Shown here: piece after piece, positions 37,901 to 52,262 of the stretch
Position numbering within the stretch: position 1 is the first letter of the stretch
Layout: each line of letters opens with the position of its first letter
Assembly: GCF_006345805.1 (NCBI RefSeq)
Contig: NC_043003.1
Span: 73,222,001 to 73,286,000 of the forward strand
Source of the DNA: Octopus sinensis
Taxonomy: Eukaryota
Direction of reading: 5' to 3'
Length of the DNA stretch: 64,000 bases
Notes under the pieces: model-generated
Databases searched by the model: none
What the model saw: the letters and a program-made list of their open reading frames with translations, nothing else
Told to the model about the DNA's origin: nothing
Program-made: the position numbers and the translations under genes

Positions 37901-40879
37901 ACATGATCGTCTTGAACAAGAAGTATACGTTAAATGTTGCATATTACTGCCATATCGGTAAATGACTTCAAATATTTTAGTAAGTTGCATATACTTACGT
38001 AATCTTCAATGCAAATGCAATCTGATATTTCATTTTTCTAAAGGGTAAATACGAAAATACATGCAAAGCATGTAGTATTTCAGAAGCTTTAATTCTCCAG
38101 TAAATGACTGGATGGAATTTGATCTTCTACTTACACGGTCGTGGTTTCAATGAGTCTACTTATTTATCTCTAATTTATACATTTTTACTTATTCATCTCT
38201 CATTCGTATACCTACTCATTGAATTTTTCCATGGGGCAGCTTATTTATGAACTTTTAAGAGAAGAAATGCAAGATGAATTCTCTCATAGTTTGAAGCCAC
38301 GAGTAGAGGGACAAAAGCAGGAATGATTTTCAAGCATTTCTCAAAAGTATAAGTAGCGTAGATTAACTGACGCGTGTCGAACTTGAGTATCGACCAACTG
38401 TTTGCTTTCCTAGACATTTATAACAGCGAAAGCTAAGATGTCTAATTCTTTATTCCTCATATTAGCAAAAGATGACGAATTTTTGCGTGAGTGGTGTATT
38501 GTTGATTCAATAAAGTTCAGTAAAAATGTGGCATTTTTTTTATTGATTCCAAACAAGTAAAAGTGAAATATACAAAACGGAACATTGCAAATGCAAGATC
38601 TGACTTTTAGGCAAGTGCCTGATATTAAGGTCCCTTTGAGTAACGTCAATACGCACATCACCTCAGGACACACAGAAACATTATTTTTACCAATTTTATT
38701 ATCTGATTTCTCTTGACATGTACCATCTTTATTTTTGTTAGGTTCTAGCTTTTTCTTACATATTGCAAGTCATTTAGTTCAGTATCCTTTCTGCGCACAC
38801 ACGTGCTCACTTAAACCCAAATCTATACAACATGAACACAGGCATGAAGATACACACATACCTACACACTTACTCACAAGAAAAAAAACACCTGCATACA
38901 CTCAGACATACACATTCATATAAAAACTATTACTAATCCCCTCATGAGCACCGACTTACACACACTGATATATATACGCGTAAATCTACATCTTCATAAA
39001 TGCACGTACATTCGCTAAAAATACACACACAATCATCCACACAGACTCAAATGCGAGCACATTTATGCACACATCACACATACATACACTTACAAATCCA
39101 CACACATTCATCCACAAACCACATTCACTTAAAATAACTCACACACACACACAGATAAATACCCACACATACACCAGCCTAAAGACAGATTCGCCCACAT
39201 AGACAGATTTTCTCACAAATACACATTCACTCACTCTTTCTTTGAGTTGAAGTGGCAGACATTAGTGAAGTCGATTCATATCGATTATAGCTATTGGTTA
39301 TAGATGTTTGGTTATGTGCCAATATTAAAAATCAATAATGGTTTCTTCCTTCTTATCTCGGTAAAAAAAGGTTGTTGAGGTTTGTGTACTGCGGTGGATG
39401 GGGAAGTCAAGAGAAACTTTAAACTATGTTGTATTATCTGCTTGCATGGATTTTAGGTTTTGCATAACAACGTTGGTCACAAGATAGATATCAATATTAT
39501 TTAATAGGTTTAGGGTGATGTAGGAGAAAGGGGAAGAATAATAAGCTTGTTTTTCATTTCCTTTGGGGTCGGTGAAATCTGCGCTAGCAATAAACCGGAG
39601 TTGAGCCAACGTCTAAAAGATGCTTTCCTATAAAACTCAACCTTTTAAGTTATAAAGAACTCGACATTAACTGATTTTTGTTGGGAATCAATACGCTGGA
39701 ATTGATGAGAGATCAATACACACAGCTCTAATCTGTTCCCATTGATACGGAACTGGTAGTTTAACAGCATTGATTGCGACATTTTAGGTTAATGAAGCAG
39801 ACACAGATACGGTATCCTTTCCATGTGGAAGAATATTACAATATTGATTGTTGATTTAACATCCTCTCTATCTCTCTCGCTTTCTCTCAAACTTTCTCAC
39901 CCTCTCTCAAAGAGGGGATCATTTCAGATGCTTAAATGTTGTTTGTTCGTTTTCCAATAACTAATGAGAGATCGTAGCTTCATTTAGTTCAGCAAAGCTA
40001 TTATAACAACCAGTCTTGCTTTTTACGGCAGTTAATCGTTTTCTCCACACATCATATGATGGTAGTTCACTCGCTGTTGAATATTTGATTGATGGATTCG
40101 ATTGACATAACGAGAAAGAATACCATTCCGACATATTTAAAAGAAGCAGAATATCAGTTTATGGGGTTGACTTCCTGTGTATCTCTTACACTGTATTTAT
40201 GAGACGTGATACAGTAGCTACTCATTGTTAATTGTTGGTAGTAGGGAAGTCTAAGAGAGCTGAGAGTGGCATTATGACTTTGATGTCTTTTTCGAAGAAG
40301 TTAGTAATATAAATAGATATCAAAACATAAAATGTACAATAGAAATGACAATCACAGCCAGATTATAGATTCGTTCGGTCGGAAGATTTTTCACCTACAG
40401 TATATTTTAATAGTGAACCGAGAACTCATTAAGACTTAGAGTACACGTTCAACTACAGTTAAAGCAACGTTATATTTCGCTGTATGCCTAAACTAGTTTA
40501 TCATTCAATCAATGTTTATACTACTTATAAGATCAGGAAATGGCAGAAGCTATTTTGTACTCGAAAGAGCTATTTGTAGTAATTAGATATGTACCTTTAC
40601 ATTGTCAGTTCAAATCCTACCGCAACATACCTCACTTTTCATCCTCCTGGCTTTGATACCCTAAATATTCTTGAAGTACAGGGAACAATCTCAGCAACTA
40701 TACACCTCCATAAAATGGGCCACCTTGGTTCAGTTCTAGGAATCAATAATGACACAATGATGGATGGCAAGAATCATAGAACGATATCAAAATTGTTAGT
40801 AGTAATTATTTATGTAATATAAAGATCAAATCCTGTCAAGTTAGACTTTGTAGCAATGTGTCAATGCGTGAATGCCATG

Positions 40880-40975
40880 TTCCTTGTCATAAGTCCTGAG
40901 CTGGAATTCCACTGAAGTCAGCTTTGCTCTTCATCATTCTGTAATCGATAAAATCTTAGTCATGCACTGGGTTCA
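40880..40975 (+). mobile_element. Decayed SINE fragment
   Basis: CTGAGCTGGAATTCCACTGAAGTCAGCTTTGCTCTTCATCATTC..TCGATAAAAT..GCACTGGG. Confidence 0.55.
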
Positions 40976-41190
40976 GGTTAACTAACCATGTCTTCCTCCA
41001 GCTTGTAAGGGGCCGCTGTTTTTGGAGAAATTTATCGATACCTCACAAAGGCATAATCATTGGAAGCGGTGTGGTCACAATCGGAGATCACCGGGGAATA
41101 TAGAACCCAGTATTTGTAGTGTTTTGCAGAATATTATCGATATTGTTGATGTGTTTGGAACCTGAAATGCATATAGTGCCTTTATATCCC

Positions 41191-41585
41191 TTTATTCCTT
41201 TACTTGTTTCAGTCATTTAACTGAGGCCACCACCTAAAATTATTTTAGTCGAAGAAATCAATCCCAGGACTTATTCTTTGTGATATTTATACTTATTCTA
41301 TCGGCCTTTTTTTTACCAACCGCTAAGTTACGGAGGTGTAAACACACCGACGTCGGTTGTCAAGCGATAGTGGGGTAAACACAGACACAAATACTCACAC
41401 ACACGCACAACCACACATGTATATAGCTCATGCTTCTTTCAGACTCCATTTACCAAATACACTGGCAAGGTTTTGGTCGACTCGAGGCTATAGTAGAAGA
41501 CATTTGCCCAAAGTACCACGCAGTGGGACTGATCCCTGAACCTTGTGGTTGGGAAGCAAGCTTTTTATCACACAGCCACGTCTTG
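41191..41585 (-). mobile_element. Near full-length major tRNA-derived SINE
   Basis: TTTACTTGTTTCAGTCATTT..CGGTTGTCAAGCG..CTTCTTTCAG..GAGGCTATAGTAGAAGAC..CGCAGTGGGACTGA..TGTGGTTGGGAAGCAAGCTT..CACACAGCCAC. Confidence 0.88.
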
Positions 41586-41739
41586 TAATATTGTCTTTTT
41601 AATGGCAAATGTCACGTTGTCCTTTCCATTTTGGATAGTGTTTTCACAGTCTGTGTTCATAGACACTGAAATTGGGAATAAATACTATAGACTGTGCGAA
41701 TATTAAGTCTGTATAATATAGGTTAAAATATAATGAAGC

Positions 41740-42250
41740 ATGTTGTCAACTGTTTAAGAGACTGTATGTTTAGAAATAATAGTGATGCTGGTGGTCTATG
41801 CAGAGAGACTTGAGTGTAAAAGGCTAGAGTGATTCTTAGATACAGTAGATATGTTTGTGTCAAGGTGGTAAACAGGGCTTGCTACACTGAAGTCCATAGA
41901 CTCCATTGAACAAATATTAAAATAGAAAAAGTCAAACACTGATATATGGTCCATAGACAAGTAACAGCTAAGTTTGATAAACTTAATAAAAGCGAAGTAA
42001 TTGAAGGGTGATTATCAGTCTAACAGTAAAATTGCTGTAAAGACGAGTTTAAAATTAATATTGCTTCCCTTATTCGTGCATAAGGGAAGCAAATTTACTT
42101 TTAGACTGGTCTTTACAGGAACTATATTAGTGGTTAAGGAGAATGCAGAAAAAGATGCAGTGGGTTGAAGAGACATATTATTTGTTATAGTCATCATCTT
42201 ATTTAAGATGTTATGAATTAAGGTGGCTTGTTGATAATTGGTACGTTCCT
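41740..42250 (-). mobile_element. Decayed CR1/L2-like LINE fragment
   Basis: The reverse complement of 41745-41810 resembles 46025-46085 (CTCT.CATAGACCACC.GCATCACT.TT..TTCTAAA.ATA.A.TCTT..CAGTTGA.AAC), an SL.HR..ASL.LF-like RT tail. Confidence 0.45.
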
Positions 42251-42420
42251 TGTTCTAATTGTTTAGAAATATGTTTAAACCAGGACAAACGGTTTTGATT
42301 ACATTTTCATCATAATACAAATGGATCAATGAGTGAATCTTTAGTTTAGAAATTTTGTCATTTGCAAAAGGAAATGGAACTGTCGTCTGGAATATTGGGA
42401 AATACTTATTAAATAACCTA

Positions 42421-43684
42421 CAGGAGTTGGACAAAATAATGGAAACACCTACCATCATAGAATCATAATTTTGAAATATCTAAAAAAACTTGATTATTTT
42501 TATGATTTTTGATTTATCCTTAGTGTGGCTTAATTTGTTTTGCTAAAATTTATGTTTCTTTTTTAGATATCATCAGAAAAAGGTAATTAAAATTCATTAA
42601 AATGACAGACCTATCGGCTTTCAAAGAGGTCAAATTGTTGGTGCTCGTATGGCAAGCGCTAATGTAACGAAAACAGACGAAATATTTGGTGTATCAACAA
42701 GTGCTCTCTCGAAAGTAATGACAGCCTTTGAGAAAGAGGGAAAAGCTTCCTCGTCGAAACAAATATCCAGAAGAAAACCAAAACTTTTAGATAGGGACCG
42801 TAGAACTATTACGTGAATTGTTATAAACGATCACTAAAGTACAGCTACCACAATTACTGCAGAGCTTAATGACCACATCGGGAATCCAGTTTCCATAAAA
42901 ACTGTTCGCCGGGAACTCCACAAAGCCGGATTTCACAGGGGGATTCAATCAGAAAACCACTACTTTCAAACACAAACGTTGCAAAGCGTTTAGAGTAGAG
43001 TGAAAACCTACAGAGTTGGTCCCTAGAGGAGTAGAAGAATATTTTCTCGGACGACTCATCCTTTACCTTATTTCCGACCACCGGCCGAATATACATGTAG
43101 AGACAGCCAAAAGTAGCATTTGACCAAGACTGCCTTCTTCCAACTGTTAAACATGGAGGAGGATCGGTGATGATCTAGGGAGTGGGCTATATCTTAGAAA
43201 TTCGCCGGCTCAAAGGTTTCTCTTCGTGGCAGAATGAATAGCCAAGACTATTTAAGTATTTTATCTGATCAAATTCATCCTATGTTTGCGGAACTGTTTC
43301 CAAAGGGAAAAGCAATCGTTCGGGATGATAATGCACCAATTCACACAGCTAAAGTTGTTACTGAATAGCACGCGGAACATTCTAGTGAAGTTACTCATCT
43401 TATCTGACCCCCACAGTCCCCGGATCTCAATATTATTGAACATTTATGGTGTATTTTAAAAAAACAAGTAAGGAGTCGATATCCTCCACCATCATCACTA
43501 CAAAAACTCGAGACTGTTTTAGCTGAAGAATGGACAAAAATTCCTTTGTAAACAATTCAAACTTTCTACGAGTCCATATCTCGTTGAATTCAAGCTGTAA
43601 TTACTGCCAAAAGCTCTCCTACACCATATTAAAATAAATTTGTTTGAAATTTTAAGGTGTTTCCATTACTTTATCCAAACCCTG
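42421..43684 (+). mobile_element. Full-length Tc1-family transposon (1264 bp), DD36E spacing (Incomer-like), transposase pseudogene
   Basis: TA target duplication on both sides; 30-bp TIRs matching 26/30 (CAGGAGTTGGACAAAATAATGGAAACACCT); MTDLS..FQRGQIVGARMA; FSDDSSFTLF; TVKHGGGSVM; DDNAPIH..SPDLNIIE with 36 codons between D and E; several stops and frameshifts. Confidence 0.95.
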
Positions 43685-45579
43685 TATATGCTGAAGTAAA
43701 TTACTTTTGACAGTTATAGTAGATATTGGAGCTTTGCATTTGTTTTTAACATATTAAAAAATTTTCTTCTAAATCGTTCATACCGTCCCTTACTTGCAGT
43801 TATATATCTGTAAATAAAAACTAGATAGAATATTTCTAAATTTAAAATGCAAAATTACCATTTCATGAGAAAAATGTGAAGCAATAAAATGCTGTTTATC
43901 GAACATCAGGTTTTTTTTTGTTTTCAAATAATATGCATGAAATAAAAGGATCCTCAAATAATAAAAAAAAATTGGATTTTGTAAAGATTTTTTTTTTACT
44001 GCTTTCGCTAATTCCCGTGATTCTCTCTCTCTCACCATCTATTTCCCTTATTATGAAATGGTAGCTTTAGTCATAGTGAATCGTTCATTAGTCAATTACA
44101 CAACTATGAATGCTACCTCTGTAGATACGTTGAAGTAACTCTCTTGAGAGTGCTTATTGATCATGACCGTTGAGCTAGGATTCATCCGCTTTGCATCAAT
44201 GTAAGAAGCACCGCTGGCTCAGTTGAGCTCTTCCAGTACCTATTCACAATCATCCACCTTGCAAGCCATCACGTCACCGTATCTCTGGCAGGCTGGCTGA
44301 ATGAGTGCTTTGCATTACCAAAGGCCAGCCTGTAACTTTACAGAGCACGGTCATTACTCCGAGAGGTATTTTCAAAATACCTGCATATTCACAGAAAATA
44401 CCCGCATACCCAAGGATTTATAGTGACTAGAAGTAAGGTTTTAAGTTGTTGCTTAACCTCGTATCTTTGCTGATTGCTCGGACATTTAATCGAAGTCATT
44501 CTTTTCCTTCATTTAATTTGAAATATAATGCTCAATGCTATCCTTTTCTTTTAAGACGATAGTACATTTAGCTTTGAGATAATTCAACTGTTAATTTGTA
44601 GCAAATTGGGTGACCTTTTAAGTGCTCTCTCACTTATTTTACAACATCGTTCAAACGGTGGCACAGCCATTTACCTTGAGAGGGGTAGCTATTTCGAGAA
44701 CACAATAGAAACTAGTGTTATATTCTAGCATGCATTATACTATGCTCTCGATCTCTTTTGTCTTGGTTTGCCTCCAGCTGCTCCCAGTCTAGTTCATATC
44801 AATGTGGTTTTTCAATTTCTCTCATGAAAACAATTGTTATAACACACTGATGAGTATCTGTTTGAAGTAAAAGAAATCATAATTACGAAACTTGTTCATT
44901 GCAACGTTCTTTCATTTCAAAGTGCTATTTTACTCTATCGTATTTTATTCTATTTTATTCTATATTAACTTTGCTTCTTCAGTCAATTAATTTTAATGAT
45001 TTTTTCCTTTAGACATTATTATTTCAAAAGATAAAATTTCGTTTCAATTCTTTGAAATTTATGGCATAATCATATTTTTGTTGTTAAATCAATGACATAG
45101 TGAATGGATGTTTAGTGCTTGCTGGTTTGTAGATAGCATTGGCGTAGAGAATGAATGTTTAGTGCTGTTTTGTAGATAACAGCTTTCATTGAATGGTTTC
45201 CGTTTATTATTCTAGTTTGAAAGTAGCATTCTGTTTTACTTCTGAAATTATTGCAATTAGAGTGAGGAGCTGGTCGTTGAAGAATTAGAATGCCTGAGTT
45301 CTAGTATCGATTAACATCTTGAGGTCAACCTACTTCATTTGCAAAGCTAATGTTGTTGATAAGAGTATCAACACCACGGCATACATATTTTCCTCTTGTA
45401 AAATGTAAATTAATGACACACTGGAAATAGAAAGCAAAGCATGTGAGTGACTGTTGAACGTGCATGAAATGCAGTTACATTTCTCTCAATTTACTTTACA
45501 TTGGATTTTTCTAGAGTAACGAGTTCTAACATGACCTTTGCCAGTCACTGGGCCAAATTAGAAAATATAACCTATATAT

Positions 45580-45750
<171 letters not shown>

Positions 45751-45999
45751 ATAAGCTAATGCTGAAATGAACTCGAGAGGGTCATGTATACATCGCTGAC
45801 AGGTAAATTACTACAGGATTCATCCTGAGTGAACGTAACACAATATATATCCGAGAAAAGCAAACATTTCCTCAGGTAGTGGCCACTGAAATCGCCAAAT
45901 GCACTTCGGCGAAGTTAAGCGTATTCAATAGTCTGTGATTACAGCGAACCACATGCCAAAACAAGATTCAGTTGTGTAGGCGGTAGGTAGGAGTCACTG

Positions 46000-46270
46000 C
46001 AATGGGGTCTACCACGCCTGGCTTCTCTACATAGACCACCGGCATCACTGTTGCTTCTAAATATAGACTCTTATGCAGTTGATAACACGTTTCAATAGTC
46101 ATACAGATAATATTTTAGACATCCTACAGAATTTATACACAGTTGCAAGCTTTCCATGAACCCAGATTTTCAAAACGCTACCAAGTATGGAAACGGCAAC
46201 GTAATATTTATCATCAAAATATCGTACTACGATACCAAGAAGCAATATGTATTTCAGGTTACTAGCAAAG
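46000..46270 (+). mobile_element. Decayed CR1/L2-like LINE fragment (same family as 41.7 kb, opposite orientation)
   Basis: Shares the ~60-bp block with 41745-41810. Confidence 0.45.
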
Positions 46271-47819
46271 GAACAGTATGGAACAATATACAATAATAGA
46301 GTGCAACAGACTACATATGTTGGGTCCTGCATTCCCCGTTGATCCCTGATTGTGATCTCTATACATATATTCATCTTGCCCACACTGCATACAGATTCAC
46401 TTCACTATATATTGTTTTAAACACAGAATGTCCATGAGCTTTTCTCTCTTGACGTATGCCGAGAAAACCTACTACCTGACAATGATGCATAGAGGACTAT
46501 TTTGATTTAATGTTGCTTGAATTGCGTATACCAGATATTTTGTTCAGCGAAGCGGCTATTGGCAGTACTGGTGAATGTTTCCTATACATAGAATGCGACG
46601 AATTCCTTCTAAGAATGTGGGTGGCTTCCAATGCACGCAATTGATAAGCTTTAAGTAGACTAAAATACACCTGGTATTCTTGCTAGCCGCTGCTTGACGG
46701 ATTTTCATCTTTCTTCGATATATTTTGTGCTGTTTAACAAAGCACATTCAAAATACGTTAGCTTTAAATGAATAGAGTAGTAACCTGTGTGTCAATGATG
46801 TTAAATGTGATACATAGAGACCTATACTTTAATTTGACAAAAACGAAAACATAGATTGTGTTGGAGAAATAAATTGTCTCGATTAGGAATTAAATTCTGA
46901 GGCGTTAAAGGACAAAGATTGCAAGCTTTTAATGATTGCTCTGCTAATCGAAAAATAGCAGCCTAATCTCTCTAAGATCACAATAAAAAGCAACATTGGA
47001 CAATGAAGTTCTATATATAAATGTATATATGTGGTGGTCAATTTGGACTGTCTTCGACCATAGGTGTGACTACTTGAAATTCCTGGGTGAAGAGAAATCA
47101 ATAAAATAGATACCCTAGTACATACTTTTTACATTCTCGAGGATGCATTGATTTCATTTTATATATTCACAAATGTAATTTCGGATAAGGGAAGTAGGAA
47201 ATTATAATATTCAGGCATTAAATTATTAAATTAGCTTATTAATGTATGCGTTCATTATTTTAACCTCTCAATGAAACAGTTTCGTATTTCATAGCATAGA
47301 AGTTATATTTCTGCGACAAACGCTTATATAGTCCTTCCTCACACATTCTTTAATCATATATTAAAAGTTGTTCAAACATTTATTGATATTTCATTCGCTG
47401 ACGAGATTGAACATGCAATAGATATAGTGTCCATTAATTGATGTAGTTCCCATCAAGTGTACCTTTACATATAGTAACATATATATATCACTAATATAGT
47501 TGATTACACTGACTCCTGTTTGTAATATTGAGTAATCTGTAAATATTACATAGAGGAAAATGAGTTGAGAAATATACGCATTAAAACTTTAGGTTTTAAA
47601 TAATCAAAGCGTACAATATAATATGTGTAAATTGTGTACATATATCAGATTTTATTTTTGCTTTCTGTAAGATCCTGTCGGCGTGTAGCAATAACATTTG
47701 GGTATACCTGACATGTTTATTTCAATGGCTCGTCATAGCATGAAATAGTCGTAACCTATATTCAAAATACTGCTGTAGTAGAAGTCACCTCTCTCTCTCT
47801 CACACTTTCTCTCCCTCTG

Positions 47820-49218
<1,399 letters not shown>

Positions 49219-49489
49219 CCGGAAACACCTTAAAATTTCAAACAAATTTATTTTAATATGGGTTAGGATCTCCTTTGGCAGTAATTACAGCTTGAATTCA
49301 ACGAGATATGAACTCCTACAAAGTTTGAATTGTTTACAAAGGAATTTTTGTCCATTCTTCATCTAAAACAGTCTCCAGTGTGTGTAGTGTTGATGCGGAG
49401 GATATCGATCCCTACTTGTTTTTCTAAAATGCACCATAAATGTTCAATAATAGTGAGATCTGGGGACTGTGGTGGCCAGATAAGATGTT
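49219..49489 (-). repeat. Local inverted duplication of 48936-49208 (Tc1 3' end), 10-nt spacer
   Basis: About 6 differences in 273 bp by eye; shares the private substitutions of the adjacent copy, not of the 42.4-kb copy. Confidence 0.93.
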
Positions 49490-49635
49490 ATATATATATG
49501 AAATTAATAAGTAGTATTTATGCTTTCGTCATTCAAATTACTGGATGATTGAGCGATTCACTAAAGTATATATATAAAATAAATATAAACAGCAGTTTGC
49601 AATATTTCACCAAAAAGGAGTATTATAATTGTCAC

Positions 49636-49918
49636 TAAATGTGACTAGGGTGTTAGGAAATACATATGTTGCTAGAAATGTGAACTAAACCGTTCTTATG
49701 CTGTAGTTAGCGCACAAGAACCGAACAATCGAGTGGTCTTAACTGATGAAGCAATGAAAATTTCCGAAACTGATGTGAGTATTGAGAATTCTGGATCGGC
49801 ATTTTTCAGACGATTATGGTATTATTTGCTTTCATTCATGTGCGTTAACTACTGCATCAGAGCGGTTTAACTCTTATTTCTAGCAATGTAAATGTTTCTA
49901 ACACCCTAGTTACATTTA
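49636..49918. repeat. Imperfect inverted repeat (~85-bp arms at 49636-49720 / 49835-49918) enclosing a hammerhead motif
   Basis: Blocks ACTAGGGTGTTAG, TTGCTAGAAAT, TAAACCG, GTAGTTA and CGCACA are mirrored; roughly three-quarters identity by eye. Confidence 0.88.
49737..49787 (+). ncRNA. Type I hammerhead ribozyme motif with canonical core
   Basis: TCTTAA-CTGATGA-A-GCAA-TGAAAAT-TTCC-GAAA-CT-GATGTG-AG-TA-TTGAGA. 6-bp helix I (one G-U), helix II with one C-C mismatch, helix III ACT/AGT, GUA cleavage triplet ending at 49781. Confidence 0.75.
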
Positions 49919-50053
49919 TTCAATAATATGGATGGCGAAAACATAAATACTATATAGGCAGCTATGCATTGTCTGTATATATGTTTGCATGTCTTTGTGT
50001 GAGGTATTTGGCAACATTCTGTGAGTTTCTCCGTTTGTCCTGTATGCTTTTGC

Positions 50054-50055
<2 letters not shown>

Positions 50056-50113
<58 letters not shown>

Positions 50114-50130
50114 CACACACACACACACAC
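50056..50130. repeat. (CA)n microsatellite
   Basis: Direct reading of the sequence. Confidence 0.95.
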
Positions 50131-50438
50131 GCAATTATATTCTATATAATTATATTTTATATATATATATATGGATTTTACTTAAAGTATTTTTAATGCT
50201 GGCCACTTGTACAATTCATTAATTTTTAACGATGTTATCCTTTAATTATGTTTAGAGGTATCACATTCACTTTGGGACAGTTTATTTACTTCTGCACTAT
50301 TTTGACCAAATACACACGTGTTGAGGTGGACCACGAAATTCAATTCGTCTATATTTGTGGATATTTATATGTACTCGAGTTTATACGTGTGCATTTGTAT
50401 GGGTATATATACATATTTTTATTTATCACACTCGCTAT

Positions 50439-50495
50439 ATTCTACTGATGACGGAAGAGTTATTATGCTTATACAGAAGTTGATCAAACTAGGAT
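50439..50495 (+). ncRNA. Degenerate hammerhead-like motif (probably inactive)
   Basis: ATTCTA-CTGATGA-..AAGAGT-TATT-ATGCTT..-GAAG-TTGATCAA-AC-TAGGAT. Helix I pairs 6 bp, helix III is palindromic, but A15.1 and U16.1 are mutated. Confidence 0.45.
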
Positions 50496-50549
50496 TATCC
50501 GAATTATTTTATGAATTTTTGGTTTGTCCACTTTTACCGCTTTGAACTT

Positions 50550-51367
50550 GTGTACATTGAAGCGAATCTTGAAGTGGTTGGACTATTTGGCATCTTTTTC
50601 TATCATATAGGCACAGTGGCTTCTGTACCCTTAAGTATAATCATATTCGTATTTCCATTACATCTTTTTTCTATAGCAATAACTTATCAAAAATCGATTT
50701 AATTCTTCTCGCGAGCACCAACTCTGCCAGTAATTTTCCTGAATTTGTATTTGGATTGAGGGTTATTCTATATACCCTTCAGAAATTTGTTAGTGCTTCG
50801 TCATTACTTAGTTATATCTTAGCTTTTCTTAACGCTATTTTTGAACGTGTCCACGAAACTCTCTACTTGCCCATTTGACCTTGGATAGTAGGGTTGAGTG
50901 AAAGTATGCTTTATTGCATGCATCTTACCGAAGTTCTTGAATTAATACCCCCAAAATTGCGTTCCATTCTCAAAAACTAACGTGTCTAGAACACCGTATG
51001 GTACACACAATTCATATAGGAACTTTATAGGTTTTAGCGATTGCTTTATTGCACCTGCATACCACTGACCACTTTGTACAGCTGTATGCCACGATTAGAT
51101 AGTAAGTACTGTGCGCAGATCCAGCATAGTCGATATATAACCTAAACAATGGGTTCTCAGTCTCCGGCCACGATTGATATTTACCGACAGGGCGTTGGCC
51201 GCGAGCGCGCAACCTCGATAAGTACTCACAAAATTTTCGATGTCTCGATCCATAATCGGCCAATAGACGTAACTCTTCATCAAAACTTTCCTCCTCGACG
51301 TTCCCGAGTGTCCGCTGTGGAATTTCTGCAACACTTGTTGTTTTTTTAAAACTCTTTGCGCATAGTA
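50550..51367 (-). mobile_element. Gypsy (Ty3) LTR-retrotransposon integrase remnant
   Basis: VLQKFHSGHSGTSRRKVLMKSYVYWPIMDRDIENFV; SWPETENPLFRLYIDYAGS..YYLIV..TKW; LVFENGTQF..FTQPYYPRSNGQVESFVDTFK. Confidence 0.92.
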
Positions 51368-52262
51368 CAACTCTCAATCTCAATTCTTCAGGTAACACGA
51401 CCTCCTCTGCAATCTTGTGCAAATCCTGCAAACCGACCCGGAACGCCACCTCAAGGCCGTACCTCTATCAGTCCACCTCAGTCGTTCTTGCAACCTCTAA
51501 AACCTTCCCCTGCTTCACAGTGCCATACATAATGGCTGTCACCATCCACGCCTCATCAATCTCAGGGGGCACCCTACCGATTCCCACTCCGGTCACACGT
51601 TTGCCACAGCAAGTCGGCAGCAGCACCCACACCGGCGACCCCAGCGTCACAGTGGTGCAGTTCATATCATATAGCCCGATCACGAACTCAACCTCCCCCG
51701 CGCCGCAACCCCCACCTCTGGTACAGAAAGTTGTGAGGCCCTCCACCTCCTTCAGACACTCCTCCAACGCTTCCACAGCAGCTGCCTCAATCCCCTTTGG
51801 TGCCGTGGACAGCGCATCATACACCACCGTTCGCTCGGTTACATTCGCTGTCAAATCCTGTGGCGGGGTCAACTTCAGGCCGGTACCATCACTCTCAATA
51901 AGCCTACTGAACCGCTTCAACCTCCCCTCCTCCTCTTCCACCTCTCGAACCCGCAGAACGTCCGCAGTTAATCTTCTTCCAGTTGCTGCAGCGCAGCTAC
52001 CGGCTTGAACCGGTTCGCCTTCCATCGCTTACCCTTCCACCACAACTGCACCCATAAATGGGGAAGAAAACAGAAATAACAGGCAGAAACAACAGCAAGG
52101 AACAACTCAACAATTCAACAATTAGGCCAAACGACAAAGTTCACCCCTACGGGAGAACTTCAACAATTAATCAACCATGCGACACACGGGGATAAAAAAA
52201 AGGACAAAATAAAATAGCAAAAAAAAACCCAACATGAACTCGACCAAACTACGAACTACTGA
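51367..52262 (-). mobile_element. GC-richer retroelement ORF1/gag-like fragment plus 5'UTR (Tx1/L1-like, inferred)
   Basis: 185-codon ORF 52025-51468 continues in the same frame after TGA TAG as RYGLEVAFRVGLQDLHKIAEEVVLPEELRLRVV. The motif KRVTGVGIGRVPPEIDEAW resembles Tx1 ORF1. TCAGT initiator-like motif at 52262-52258. Confidence 0.55.

Noticed and set aside
44847-44910. CTGATGA...TAC-GAAAC hammerhead-like arrangement
   Set aside because: Helix II pairs only 3 bp and no helix I partner for the upstream ACACA is present.
46430-46750. 50-60-codon open frames on both strands with plausible splice-like sites
   Set aside because: No recognisable motif, weak splice sites, and adjacent to decayed LINE sequence.
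47398-47431. CTGACGA-GATTG-AACATG-CAATA-GATA..GTC
   Set aside because: It may be a very old hammerhead, but GAAA, the G10.1-C11.1 pair and helix I are all broken; too degenerate to support.
51415-52008. 197-aa Ser/Thr/Pro-rich plus-strand ORF
   Set aside because: Antisense shadow of the GC-richer ORF1-like sequence.
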